Virus record (IMG/VR): IMGVR_UViG_3300031772_000015 | From: an uncultured virus (IMG/VR IMGVR_UViG_3300031772_000015) | Taxonomy: Duplodnaviria; Heunggongvirae; Uroviricota; Caudoviricetes | Reading direction: 5' to 3' (one strand) | DNA length: 64,000 nt | In this document: positions 46,703 through 56,801 of the stretch, in pieces | Position numbering within the stretch: the stretch's first letter is position 1 | Layout: each line of letters opens with the position of its first letter | Notes under the pieces: model-generated | What the model was told of the DNA's origin: nothing | The model's input: the letters and a program-made list of their open reading frames with translations, nothing else | Database searches by the model: none | Position numbers and translations under genes: made by a program

Positions 46703-46798
46703 AGCATTTCTCCAAACCCTCGAATGATTCTAGCAGGTATCCCGCCGATTCGAGTCTCGGTGGCCCTGACCCAGCGAAAGCTGGTAACGAACACTCAG

Positions 46799-47434
46799 TC
46801 ACGATAAGTAAGCCCAACCCGTAGGAAAGGAACCAGACTTTTCGTAACGTCGAAACCTCTTATGCAATGACGAGTAGGATAGTCCATTTTGACTCGCCGC
46901 TATTTTCATGGAGGGATACGCCACATTATCAACAAGCACACAACGACTCATTAACTGCCTTGCCGCATCACGTTGTCGTTGATAACCTGGATGCCCTCGA
47001 TGAATCTCTGATAATCGTTGCCGCACGCCAATTGTTCGTTTACGCCCTTTGTTAATTGCAGCCATCCGCTCCCCGAAACCTGCAACTCGTTTCTTTCCAC
47101 GATTTGACGCCGCCCGTCGAGCCACAATCTCTACCGATGGTTTTACACCTTTTGGTGCGCCGCCTCCACCAGAATTGCGATTGTATCCAAATGGTGCCTC
47201 AGTCTTTAACTCGGCAATCGCCTGTTGTTCCATCCATTTCACACACTCTCCGTCGCAACTCTGATAGATCACAGTAAAGCGGAAATTTTCAATACCATAT
47301 TTGGCAATCGCCGCTTTTACAAGATATGAACCATGTCCATTTCGATGCTTACACCATCGCAATGCTGGATTAGTCGTGATGCCAACGTACATCTTCCAAT
47401 TGACAAGGTTCGTGACAATGTAAAGACAGTGCAT
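46799..47434 (-). CDS. GIY-YIG homing endonuclease with NUMOD3-like repeats
   Basis: CLYIVTNLVNWKMYVG.T, KYGIENF and GYN. Confidence 0.88.
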   Translation of the reverse strand: MHCLYIVTNLVNWKMYVGITTNPALRWCKHRNGHGSYLVKAAIAKYGIENFRFTVIYQSCDGECVKWMEQQAIAELKTEAPFGYNRNSGGGGAPKGVKPSVEIVARRAASNRGKKRVAGFGERMAAINKGRKRTIGVRQRLSEIHRGHPGYQRQRDAARQLMSRCVLVDNVAYPSMKIAASQNGLSYSSLHKRFRRYEKSGSFPTGWAYLS

Positions 47435-47952
47435 TACGACAACCGACTCATCTTGAGCGCGTCACTGTCTCTTAAAAATGGTCTGAGAAGTCGCCAAGCC
47501 GATGACGAGGGGCAAAGATTTATCACATGCTCAATTGGCAGTTGTGACCGCTCGTAGCTGGTCTTCACCGCCCCGTACCCCATCGCACTGACCGCCAGAT
47601 TCTCCAACTCCAACTCAGGGTCTTTACCGTCAAGCAGCGCGTACGCAATCTCATACGCTGCAATGCGGATGGCTTCCGGGACTACTGCGTCAGCGCCCCT
47701 TGGAAACTCCAATGGTTGAGCCGCTTCGGCGGTCTGAATCTCCGTCTGCGTTGCAGACGGATTTGCCTGCAAGAGTGTGTAAACGGTTGCTTTGTATCCC
47801 TTGTAATTCAAGGCGTCAATGACGCATCGGGCCGCGAACAACGCCTTGGTGTGATTGGCAGCAGACGCATCCGTCCAAGCCGTCTCATGGAGACGGTGGG
47901 CGAAGTAATCATCCGCTTCAAGCAGCGTACCGTAGAAGGTCGAGTCGATCAT
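47434..47952 (-). CDS. Head-tail adaptor (DnaT-like)
   Basis: Y.TL.EAD.YF, QPLEFPR and VPEAIR.A.YE.A. Confidence 0.7.
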   Translation of the reverse strand: MIDSTFYGTLLEADDYFAHRLHETAWTDASAANHTKALFAARCVIDALNYKGYKATVYTLLQANPSATQTEIQTAEAAQPLEFPRGADAVVPEAIRIAAYEIAYALLDGKDPELELENLAVSAMGYGAVKTSYERSQLPIEHVINLCPSSSAWRLLRPFLRDSDALKMSRLS

Positions 47953-48980
47953 GCCTTCACCAACCAATCCAATTCAGTTCGTTTGCGTTCCGTGTACCAC
48001 CCTTTGTCCCACAGGTCAAAAAGCATCTTGAAGTATTCGTCGTACATCCAACGAACCCGATCCAGACTGTAATTCGCAATGGCTCGTTGTCGAATGTACT
48101 CTGGGTTCAGTTCTTGTACGTGTTGGGCCGCCCACATGAATTGTTCCAACGTCCGGCAACGGTATCCTGTCTTACCGTGTTCAACTAATTCAGGATAACT
48201 TCCCCAGTCAGTCGAGATAACTGGCGTACCAGTCATCTGTGCTTCCAGCACCGTCATGTTAAAAGGCTCGACATACAAGGTTGGAGCAAAAGTTGCAATT
48301 GCACCTTGATATAAACGAAGCCGTTCTGCTCCCGTCACAAACCCAACGTGTTCAGCATCGTATCGTTCACCCAACCCGGCCAATTTCAGTCCGAGTCCAA
48401 GGCGCTTGCAGGTTTCAACTGCGATGTCAACACCTTTCCGATGTGTCAAACGTCCAATGTAAAGGTAATAATCCCCCTTCTCTCCCATCGGGTATGCGGC
48501 CGGGTCCAGATAATGTGGAATCGACACGTCATAGAATTTACCGTCAGGATCAAAACTACCTTCGGCACCCCAAACCTTGTGCATGTGTGCGTATGACGCG
48601 AATACGCGATACTTGGCAAAAGTGCCATTGTAACCTATGGCGTATTCGACAACCATCACGTCAGCAATCGAAGCCAATACTTGATTCAATCGACCATTGA
48701 TGACGCAAACAAAGTCGCCTCGTTGTTTTCGTTTATTGATCTCAGTTGCCACAGCCTTGTTAAATACTGGCCAGTAAGCAAACTTCCCGGTCCAATCCAT
48801 CGGCACCGCTTGTCCAAGCACAACATCCTCGTCACAGACTTCATCACATCCCATACCATAGTGAATGACTTGATGCCCCAAGGACTTCATCATCCGAATG
48901 AAGTTGCCCGTCAATGCTGTAAACTGACATTCACTTTGTCCTGATGTCCGCGTACTCGGCAACCCGACGACATGAAACAT
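47949..48980 (-). CDS. GT-B (GT4-like) glycosyltransferase
   Basis: GRLTHRKG and [16 protein letters not shown]; paralogue of the N-terminal domain of 10395-12065. Confidence 0.88.
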   Translation of the reverse strand: MFHVVGLPSTRTSGQSECQFTALTGNFIRMMKSLGHQVIHYGMGCDEVCDEDVVLGQAVPMDWTGKFAYWPVFNKAVATEINKRKQRGDFVCVINGRLNQVLASIADVMVVEYAIGYNGTFAKYRVFASYAHMHKVWGAEGSFDPDGKFYDVSIPHYLDPAAYPMGEKGDYYLYIGRLTHRKGVDIAVETCKRLGLGLKLAGLGERYDAEHVGFVTGAERLRLYQGAIATFAPTLYVEPFNMTVLEAQMTGTPVISTDWGSYPELVEHGKTGYRCRTLEQFMWAAQHVQELNPEYIRQRAIANYSLDRVRWMYDEYFKMLFDLWDKGWYTERKRTELDWLVKA

Positions 48981-48991
48981 AGGCGTCCTTT

Positions 48992-49023
48992 AGGCGGCCG
49001 GAGTATACATACTCCGGCCGCCT
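48992..49023. terminator. Perfect inverted repeat between the collagen and glycosyltransferase genes
   Basis: aggcggccggagtat / atactccggccgcct. Confidence 0.5.
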
Positions 49024-49033
49024 CTCTGATTGT

Positions 49034-50410
49034 TTACGTATGTGCGACCCAAGTTGCCACACCACTGGTGACATTCAACATCCAATCCCCATCACCCAAA
49101 CCCGAAGAATCAGGAACATTTGCTGGACCACTCGGACCACTGGGGCCAGTCGGGCCATCAGGACCGCTCGGACCACTGGGACCAGTCGGACCATCGGGAC
49201 CACTCGGACCTGTTGGCCCGCCACTTGGACCTTCCGGGCCACTTGGTCCGCTGGGTCCGTCTGGGCCACTTGGACCACTCACAAACGAATCCGCACCACT
49301 CGGGCCACTCGGGCCACTCGGGCCACTCGGGCCATCCGGGCCGCTAGGACCGCTGGGTCCATCGGGACCGCTCGGGCCATCCGGGCCACTCGGGCCATCC
49401 GGGCCGCTCGGGCCATCCGGGCCACTCGGGCCATCCGGGCCGCTCGGGCCATCCGGGCCGCTAGGACCGCTGGGTCCATCGGGACCGCTCGGGCCATCCG
49501 GGCCACTCGGGCCATCCGGGCCGCTAGGACCATCGGGACCGCTGGGTCCATCCGGGCCGCTGGGTCCATCCGGGCCGCTGGGTCCATCAGGACCGCTAGG
49601 ACCGCTCGGGCCATCAGGACCGCTAGGACCATCGGGACCGCTCGGGCCATCAGGACCGCTGGGTCCATCCGGGCCGTCCGGGCCGCTAGGACCGCTAGGG
49701 CCACTCGGACCATCGGGACCACTCGGGCCATCCGGGCCACTCGGGCCATCCGGGCCACTCGGGCCATCCGGGCCGTCCGGGCCGTCCGGGCCGCTAGGAC
49801 CGCTAGGACCACTCGGGCCATCCGGGCCACTCGGGCCATCCGGGCCACTCGGGCCATCCGGGCCGCTAGGACCACTGGGTCCATCGGGACCACTGGGGCC
49901 GCTAGGACCACTCGGGCCATCCGGGCCACTCGGGCCGTCCGGGCCGCTGGGGCCATCGGGACCGCTCGGGCCATCCGGGCCGCTCGGGCCATCCGGGCCG
50001 CTCGGGCCATCCGGGCCGCTCGGGCCATCCGGGCCGCTAGGACCGCTCACAGATGAATCTGCACCACTCGGGCCGCTCGGACCTGTTGGACCACTAGGAC
50101 CGCTCACAGATGAATCCGCACCACTCGGACCACTGGGGCCATCGGGACCGCTGGGACCATTGGGACCACTGGGACCATTGGGACCACTAGGGCCAGTCGG
50201 GCCACTCGGGCCACTTGGACCCGTCGCAAATTCCCCAACCTCTCCGGCTGCAAGTTCCAATACCTTCGTCTGCGTGGCACGTACTTCTGCCACAATCTGA
50301 TCCCAGTCTTGTGAATTGGGATCACGGTCACTTATTGTGCCCTGACGTTCAGGATTGATGGAATTACCATCCCAAACCTGATCGGGGAATTGTGGTGTCG
50401 TGTATGCCAT
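49034..50410 (-). CDS. Collagen-like (GPS/GPD) head-region fibre protein
   Basis: About 365 aa Gly-Pro-X tract with short GADSSVS interruptions. Confidence 0.88.
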   Translation of the reverse strand: MAYTTPQFPDQVWDGNSINPERQGTISDRDPNSQDWDQIVAEVRATQTKVLELAAGEVGEFATGPSGPSGPTGPSGPNGPSGPNGPSGPDGPSGPSGADSSVSGPSGPTGPSGPSGADSSVSGPSGPDGPSGPDGPSGPDGPSGPDGPSGPDGPSGPDGPSGPDGPSGPSGPSGPDGPSGPSGPDGPSGPDGPSGPDGPSGPSGPSGPDGPDGPDGPSGPDGPSGPDGPSGPDGPSGPSGPSGPDGPDGPSGPDGPSGPDGPSGPDGPSGPSGPDGPSGPDGPSGPDGPSGPDGPSGPDGPSGPDGPSGPDGPSGPSGPDGPSGPDGPSGPDGPSGPDGPSGPDGPSGPDGPSGPSGPDGPSGPSGPSGPSGADSFVSGPSGPDGPSGPSGPEGPSGGPTGPSGPDGPTGPSGPSGPDGPTGPSGPSGPANVPDSSGLGDGDWMLNVTSGVATWVAHT

Positions 50411-50422
50411 TATATTTGTTCC

Positions 50423-51124
50423 TTAACCGATTGCTTCCCAACGAACAATGAACGCAGTATTCACCACTGTAAAATTGAGGGTGAATCCATCTGCATCCAT
50501 CGAAACAAAACCACCTGTCACTTGTGAGTTACCGGACGAATTGATCGTGTAGATGCACAAATCAATTCGACTATCTCCCTTAAAAATGTTGCTGAATACG
50601 CCCGCCCATGTCATGGAGTTTTGATTCCCGGCAGCATCCATCATACCTTGACAACAACAAAAATGTGTCTGGACGCCTGGTCCCTTCGACACCCAAAACT
50701 TCACTGCCTTCGGCCGAAAACCAAGTCCGGTAACTAAGTAGTTTCCTGTGGCAGCCGGACACGTAAAACAACCGATCCGAACTTGATTTGTTGCATTTGA
50801 CCCACTCGGACCACTGGGGCCATCGAGACCACTCGAACCACTCGAACCACTCGAACCACTCGGACCACTCGGACCACTCGGACCACTCGGACCACTCGGA
50901 CCAATTAGACCTATTGGACCACTCGGACCTATTGAACTGGTCTGACCAAATATTTCCTCTTGATCCCGCTGTAACAATACTGCCTGAATTGCACAGACTT
51001 CGGACACCACCTGATCCCTGTCTTGCGAATTGGGATCACGAATATCTGACCGGTGATGTCTTTCCGTATTGGAACTTGTACCATCCCAAACTTGGACAGG
51101 AAATTGTGGTTTTGCGTAGGCCAT
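50423..51124 (-). CDS. Short collagen-containing fibre protein with C-terminal globular domain
   Basis: N-terminus paralogous to 49034-50410; C-terminal TGLGFRPKAV...DGFTLN domain. Confidence 0.8.
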   Translation of the reverse strand: MAYAKPQFPVQVWDGTSSNTERHHRSDIRDPNSQDRDQVVSEVCAIQAVLLQRDQEEIFGQTSSIGPSGPIGLIGPSGPSGPSGPSGPSGSSGSSGSSGLDGPSGPSGSNATNQVRIGCFTCPAATGNYLVTGLGFRPKAVKFWVSKGPGVQTHFCCCQGMMDAAGNQNSMTWAGVFSNIFKGDSRIDLCIYTINSSGNSQVTGGFVSMDADGFTLNFTVVNTAFIVRWEAIG

Positions 51125-51126
51125 AC

Positions 51127-52902
51127 TTACACCAACTTTGGTTTGCCTGCGCCACGCACACGCGGAGCGACGGACCCTTGCAATGTGGTGTCACGGCTGG
51201 CTGCCTTCTCTTCCTCCCCGGCCTTGGGATTGGCTGACAGATCACCGATGCCGCGTGCTCCCATATCCCCTTTCGCGCCTTGTGACTCAGCAATCCGTGC
51301 CAAACGTGCCGCATGGTCGTCCCGTGCTTTCTTGTATTCATCCTCGTCAAAACCAAGTGCAACCGATGCCGTTTGTTCACCAACCAGTCCAGCTTCCACC
51401 GCAGCCGTTATCGTCACTGGGTCACTGGTTGTATAATGTGCTGCATCAATCTCTTTATGGATGGCGTCCAAATCATCAACACTGATCTTCCCACCCAATA
51501 ACGCCTGAACCACACCCTTCGCCAACTCACGTTTCACTCTGCGACCTGGTACGGCCGACATCAGTTTCGTCAGGTCTTGAGCCTCCTTGACCCGATCTGC
51601 GTCTGACTTCAAGCTGTACCGATCCGGGTACTTGATTGTTGCAATTTCGCGTTTACTTGGTTGCCGTTCCTCATAAGCCGACCAGTACCCAGCGACCTGT
51701 CGTTCGGCACTTTCCAATAACAGACCGATATATGACAACCCGGCTTCAAGACCTTGGTTGTCCATCTGTTTTGATTCAGCCGACACCCGCACGGCCAATG
51801 CCGAAACCGCCAAATTAACCAATTCGCGGATGTCCCCTTTGAGTCGTGCTTGTAACTCTAAACTCGCCCTCAACGGTTCAGAGGATGGATTGATGAATGA
51901 CGGCGTATTCATTCCCTTATCATAGGCTCGACCGTGGGTTGCACCAACCTTGATGTCAGTCTCAGCCGCGCCTTGGCCACCTGTGGTGGCCGTACCATCG
52001 GCTGTCGCTACTTGTTTCAAGTGTGAACCAACCGCTCGTAAATCCTTTTGTTCAACGTAGAACGGAAAGTTTGACCGCAACGCATAACTTACATCACTTG
52101 AACCCAAATTCAAGAGTGCAATCTGTTGTTGGCATACGTCCTTAATCAATCCACTGCCAATATCCAACAATACGAATGGGATGCGCGTCAATTCCAACTG
52201 AATTGGGCCGCCCGGCGCGTCAAATTGATTGACAGTTTCACCTTTCGGGTTGTAGAATTGCAAATTGACCTTGCTATTCTCGATCCAAAGATGCCGATAC
52301 CGTTTGACTTCCAATGTCGGAAGCAACGTTGCCTGGTCATATTGCATGACTGTATCACGCAATAGGACCGCTTGAAACTCACTCGGTTCATCCGGTTTGT
52401 TGCACGTCCACGAGAGGATGTCTTCAATGTCATATTTGTAAAGATACGGCAACGCCGCGCCAACATCCGCTAAGGTTGCCACTGCCGGAACTGGCGGGGA
52501 ATCCACGAAAATCCCAACCCGTCCCATGACCAACAGTTCAGTCAAAACCTTAACACCGACAAATGCGTTCATGGTCGCACCCCGGCGGTCTACACCAAGG
52601 TCCAACCCGTTGACTGCGTTCTGGTATGTCTTGCTGCCGCCCTTACGTGTGATGTCTCGCATCCGTTGATAGATCGCGTTCCGAATATCGTTGATGGCAG
52701 CACCAGCAAACTTCGGCACCGGCGTCATGTTCTTGCGCGTGGCATAATCAGTCGGGTCTTCCCGCCCGGAGAACTTTTCCAGGTACGTTTCCCGGAACAT
52801 ATCCCCGCCTTCATAAGTCAACCGCCACTTGGCCCAATCCGTCATCCCACTGATGTAGCCGGGATGTCGGCTGTCTACCAGATTGACTGTTTGATTCGCC
52901 AT
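51127..52902 (-). CDS. Portal protein
   Basis: Follows TerL; HP.Y.....W, GRVGIFVD and IPFV motifs typical of DUF4055/SPP1-like portals. Confidence 0.85.
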   Translation of the reverse strand: MANQTVNLVDSRHPGYISGMTDWAKWRLTYEGGDMFRETYLEKFSGREDPTDYATRKNMTPVPKFAGAAINDIRNAIYQRMRDITRKGGSKTYQNAVNGLDLGVDRRGATMNAFVGVKVLTELLVMGRVGIFVDSPPVPAVATLADVGAALPYLYKYDIEDILSWTCNKPDEPSEFQAVLLRDTVMQYDQATLLPTLEVKRYRHLWIENSKVNLQFYNPKGETVNQFDAPGGPIQLELTRIPFVLLDIGSGLIKDVCQQQIALLNLGSSDVSYALRSNFPFYVEQKDLRAVGSHLKQVATADGTATTGGQGAAETDIKVGATHGRAYDKGMNTPSFINPSSEPLRASLELQARLKGDIRELVNLAVSALAVRVSAESKQMDNQGLEAGLSYIGLLLESAERQVAGYWSAYEERQPSKREIATIKYPDRYSLKSDADRVKEAQDLTKLMSAVPGRRVKRELAKGVVQALLGGKISVDDLDAIHKEIDAAHYTTSDPVTITAAVEAGLVGEQTASVALGFDEDEYKKARDDHAARLARIAESQGAKGDMGARGIGDLSANPKAGEEEKAASRDTTLQGSVAPRVRGAGKPKLV

Positions 52903-52911
52903 CGTTTATTC

Positions 52912-53131
52912 CCTCTTGAACGCGCGAAGATACCGGGCAGCAACTTCAAGTCGTTGAATCTGTCTCACACTCACGTTGTCGGTATTTCTCAGACAATGGT
53001 TGCCGCTGACGTTTGTATGTCAATTGACAACTCTTACAGTATCGTTGAAAACCATCCTGTTGATTTGATGCCCGGTGAAACTCACTCAACAACTTCTCAG
53101 TATCACACTTCGCGCACCACTTAAGACTCAT
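52912..53131 (-). pseudogene. Internally deleted endonuclease VII-like homing endonuclease remnant
   Basis: N-terminal CAKC...EF...DG...YCKSC Zn finger. A shifted frame supplies RLEVAARYLR, which resembles the EndoVII C-terminal helix. The nuclease core is absent. Confidence 0.55.
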
Positions 53132-54804
53132 GTTACCTTGCCGATGTCTTCCCCACCAGGCGTGACAGCCGCTAACACCAAACCAATATCAGCGTACACC
53201 AATGAATGGGCAAAGTGATCCGGGCCAGTATTTACGTACACTGCGGCCGGGTTGCCAGTGTCATCCTTCTCGTAAGTCCGCACCAAGTTCTTAATGTGTT
53301 CTCGGTATTCGAGTGTAATATCACGAGGCAACAAGATTCGAGGGGGATTCGTCTTAAAGCGCCCAAGTGAACACGACAACCAACTGGTTCGATCTACGAT
53401 GGCGAATGGTGCCCCTGATTCTTCCTCCTGAATCGAGATTTCCTTCGCTGTAATTCCACGTCGGTATCGTGTCAACCACGCATAGCCATGAAACTTCCGA
53501 GCAAACCGGCGAGCGTCATTAACATTCGGGTCCGCATCCGCCACAGCCGCCAATACCTGCCACTCCCGCATCAACTCCCCAACATAACCCCAGTCATCCT
53601 CCTGAAATTTGCCAAACCACAACAACTTACCGATGGCTGCCGCACTAATGTCTGCACCCGGATGTTGGTCAAACAACCATTCCACAACCGAAATGAATCC
53701 TGTCTTTCCTTGATCCACGCCCATCGTTATCAAGCGGTGGCCACCAATCATTGGCCGCTGATCGTTGATTGTATGTCCCCGAACACAGGCATCAATCATT
53801 GCATCCGTAACTTGCGCGCCTTCCCCAACAAATGGAAGTCCCAACTTGCTATTGTTAAACTCCTTACTTGCCGCTTCGTCACCCAACCCACGGTGATAGG
53901 CGATCACCAACTCACCCGGCGACACAGTTGACGAATACATCTGATTGATGTAGAAGCCCCGTGCTTCATCCGCTGATGTCGTGTGTTCAGTTGCTTTCCA
54001 TTCACCTGTTGCCAGAAAGATCGGTTTCTCTTTGTGTTCAAGTCGGACCTTACATTCCCGACATTTCAAGAACGACTCATAACACCGTGGATCATTGACG
54101 GACTCCCCAATGATCTCAATGCAATCCGGCCAAGTGAACTCTGTCCATCGGTTACAGTGCGGACATTGGAAGTAAAAGTGTTCTTGCGTACTTGTCAGAA
54201 AGAGTTTGTGAACACCATACTTCGGAACAGTCGGTGTGGAGATTGCAACAACGTGTTTCTCAATCTGCCCTGAAAGTCGTTCCAGGGCCAACCACACCGC
54301 ATGAGTATCCATCTCGTCCAATTCATCCAAGATCAACTCGGACACCGGGATGGATTTCAGGTTACTATCGCCTCGACTCCCACGGATATACAGGACATTC
54401 GTACCCGTCGATTTCAACCCCACCGTATTCGTGTCCACAAACAGATTTTTTAAGTGGGGACTCAACTTCAATGCAGTCGTGAACCTCGCCTTGGAAAAAT
54501 CACTCGCATTGATCGTTGTCGGCAAGACGTAAAGCACATCCCTCTTTGACTGGTCGAGTGTAAAAAATGCCCGATTGATTCCTACTTCCGTGATTCCCAA
54601 CTGTGCCGCCTTCATCGCAATCGTGTACGCCGCATGGCTGTCATGGATTGCACGGCACCACGGATGCCACTTGAAACTATACGGCCCCTCAAATGGTGAT
54701 CCCATCACGCGACGATTTTCAGCCCACCGACTACAAGACGTAAGAGTCTTGCTTTTCAACCCCTCGGCAATACTCTGTTTCAATTCATCCAGAAGATTGC
54801 TCAT
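53128..54804 (-). CDS. Terminase large subunit (lambda GpA-like)
   Basis: KAAQLGITE, LDELDE, ISTPT, CPHC, GVDQG and DHFAH. Confidence 0.92.
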   Translation of the reverse strand: MSNLLDELKQSIAEGLKSKTLTSCSRWAENRRVMGSPFEGPYSFKWHPWCRAIHDSHAAYTIAMKAAQLGITEVGINRAFFTLDQSKRDVLYVLPTTINASDFSKARFTTALKLSPHLKNLFVDTNTVGLKSTGTNVLYIRGSRGDSNLKSIPVSELILDELDEMDTHAVWLALERLSGQIEKHVVAISTPTVPKYGVHKLFLTSTQEHFYFQCPHCNRWTEFTWPDCIEIIGESVNDPRCYESFLKCRECKVRLEHKEKPIFLATGEWKATEHTTSADEARGFYINQMYSSTVSPGELVIAYHRGLGDEAASKEFNNSKLGLPFVGEGAQVTDAMIDACVRGHTINDQRPMIGGHRLITMGVDQGKTGFISVVEWLFDQHPGADISAAAIGKLLWFGKFQEDDWGYVGELMREWQVLAAVADADPNVNDARRFARKFHGYAWLTRYRRGITAKEISIQEEESGAPFAIVDRTSWLSCSLGRFKTNPPRILLPRDITLEYREHIKNLVRTYEKDDTGNPAAVYVNTGPDHFAHSLVYADIGLVLAAVTPGGEDIGKVT

Positions 54805-55135
54805 GGTTTAAGAGGCCGTTTGGGTTCGCGTTGGTCAGCGGCGGCGATGCGGCTGGTTGCTTGGCGTTCGCCCCATCGGCCTCACTTTGCGACTTGCAAG
54901 TCACAATAGTCTCTTGTAATTTTGTCACCAGCCGTTGCATTTGCGACACCGGTGCGCCCGGTACGCCGACCGTCGCGTAATTTCCGAGCATATCAATTGT
55001 CGCATTGCATCCCATGATGGCTTGTTGCCAAAGTCGTTTACTCTCCGTCTCCAAGAAGCTGGCAGACACCACCGGATCGGGTTTCACTGGTTCTGGTTTC
55101 TCAGGACAATTGCGACAACGACGTTTGCGTCTCAT
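54785..55135 (-). CDS. Hypothetical protein
   Basis: Packed between thioredoxin and TerL. Confidence 0.5.
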   Translation of the reverse strand: MRRKRRCRNCPEKPEPVKPDPVVSASFLETESKRLWQQAIMGCNATIDMLGNYATVGVPGAPVSQMQRLVTKLQETIVTCKSQSEADGANAKQPAASPPLTNANPNGLLNHEQSSG

Positions 55136-55137
55136 AG

Positions 55138-55509
55138 TTACCGCCGCACGATGTTGACCACCACCGATATGTCATTCGTCCGTTGAACATTGCGACCGCC
55201 AACATAGACGAAATAAGTCGGCACACTGGTCACACCATACTTTCGTGCTAAATCAGGGCGTGCGTCGATGTCAACGACTTGAACTTCAACGCCCATCGCC
55301 GCCACTTGAACCAAGACCGCCTTATCACGTTGGCATGGGGCACACCATGACGCTGAAAACACAAGCACTTTGACCTGCGCACACCTATTATCAATCGGTA
55401 TTGGAGCCACAGGAGACGGCCGGATACAACCACCTGCCCACAACACGGCTGCCAACACAAAACACATTGGCAATACAAACAAACAAGTGAATGTTCGGAA
55501 TTGTTTCAT
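55138..55509 (-). CDS. Thioredoxin, probably a lipoprotein
   Basis: FSASWCAPC and GVTSVPT; hydrophobic N-terminus ending in AGGC. Confidence 0.88.
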   Translation of the reverse strand: MKQFRTFTCLFVLPMCFVLAAVLWAGGCIRPSPVAPIPIDNRCAQVKVLVFSASWCAPCQRDKAVLVQVAAMGVEVQVVDIDARPDLARKYGVTSVPTYFVYVGGRNVQRTNDISVVVNIVRR

Positions 55510-55560
55510 TGGAATCTCCTACCGTTTTCTCTGGACTTGCTTTCGGAAGTCAAGAGAGAA

Positions 55561-55590
55561 CGTCCCGGCACAATTTCTTGTGCCGGGACG
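55561..55590. terminator. Inverted repeat
   Basis: cgtcccggcacaa / ttgtgccgggacg. Confidence 0.5.
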
Positions 55591-55607
55591 AAGATGCTTT
55601 GAGTCGC

Positions 55608-56018
55608 TTACGAAACCTTGGCGACCGGCGCGGTTTGGACCGCAGTCGGATCACTCGGTTTCACGGCGTCGGCCAACTTCGCGGCGATCAATGCACGACC
55701 GGCTTCGGTCTGCAACTTCTTGACCAACACGCGCTCGAACACCTGGTCAAATTCCTTGACCACGGCGTCTTCACCAGTCAGAAACATCTTGGCAAGCTGC
55801 TTCATCTTTTCAGCCATGCCAGAGTAGTCGCCGACCGAATAGTCGATCAGAAAGTTCGGAATCTGCACGAGACCGTAATTGGTCAGAGCGGCAGCCAGAT
55901 GGGCTGCACCGCGCCGACGATCCTCGACTTCGGTGTCCTTCTGAAAGAACCACTTGGCAGCCAGAAAGCCCACAGCCACGACGAGAACAAGAATGACAAG
56001 ATGCACGAGAGAGATCAT
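55608..56018 (-). CDS. Membrane-anchored hypothetical protein
   Basis: N-terminal transmembrane helix; GAGG RBS. Confidence 0.7.
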   Translation of the reverse strand: MISLVHLVILVLVVAVGFLAAKWFFQKDTEVEDRRRGAAHLAAALTNYGLVQIPNFLIDYSVGDYSGMAEKMKQLAKMFLTGEDAVVKEFDQVFERVLVKKLQTEAGRALIAAKLADAVKPSDPTAVQTAPVAKVS

Positions 56019-56084
56019 GTTTGTACCTCAGTTTGTTTCGGACAGTTGAAAGGAACGTGGAGACACGGGACCGGCAGCAGTGGA

Positions 56085-56771
56085 CTACTTCTTCGCGTAA
56101 GTTTTCTTCCACTGATACGCCACGCCCGCGCCAACCCCGGCAACGAGCATGAGAACAATCAGCCAAACAGGCGGTAGGTCGGATTCCACTTCGGGAACGT
56201 CCGGCGCATCGGGCGGTCCAATCGGTTGCGGTTCAGGATCAGGATCAGGATTGGGATTGGGATTGGGATTCGGTTGCGGACACGGGCAACGTCGTTCCAT
56301 CTCTCGCCGCCACGGCAGAATAGGGAAGATACCTTCCGACATCTGGACACCGTTAGCAAGCGCACCGTAAAGGCCCTGTGAAGTCATCGGGATATTCTTA
56401 CCACAAGCCTGATAAACCACGGAGCCGTCCGAACGTTGCAAACGCACGCAAGGCAGAGCCGTAATCTTGTACAAGCCAGTGGTCATCGCATACCGTTCGC
56501 GGTAAATGGCCGTATCCGTAGCGACCGGGCAAAAATGAACGGTGTCACGCAATTTCTTCATCTTGGCGTCGGTATTGAACCACCCCAGCACGCGCTGGTA
56601 GTTGGCATCACCGATGGCACCAACCACACTGATATACCATCCACCCTGGTCTTGGGGCAGATTGATGACGCGCTCTTCGCAGATCACACCATTCACACCA
56701 TCCGCAACACACGGATAGACGCTCGCAAACGAAGCGAGCAACACACACACAAGCAGAATCAGTCGATTCAT
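56085..56771 (-). CDS. Exported protein with Pro-rich linker and C-terminal transmembrane anchor (thioredoxin-like fold suspected)
   Basis: Signal peptide, Y.ITALPCV.L...G.V, PNPNPDPDPEP linker, transmembrane helix and basic tail. Confidence 0.7.
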   Translation of the reverse strand: MNRLILLVCVLLASFASVYPCVADGVNGVICEERVINLPQDQGGWYISVVGAIGDANYQRVLGWFNTDAKMKKLRDTVHFCPVATDTAIYRERYAMTTGLYKITALPCVRLQRSDGSVVYQACGKNIPMTSQGLYGALANGVQMSEGIFPILPWRREMERRCPCPQPNPNPNPNPDPDPEPQPIGPPDAPDVPEVESDLPPVWLIVLMLVAGVGAGVAYQWKKTYAKK

Positions 56772-56801
56772 GGGTTTTCCTCTTTGTTAGGAGTTTAACT
56801 G

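Noticed and set aside
28794..50300. Plus-strand GPL/GPV collagen ORFs and Arg/Ala-rich ORFs over the repeats
   Set aside because: These are antisense and off-frame shadows of Gly-Pro-X codon repeats. They lack RBS context and oppose the operon direction.
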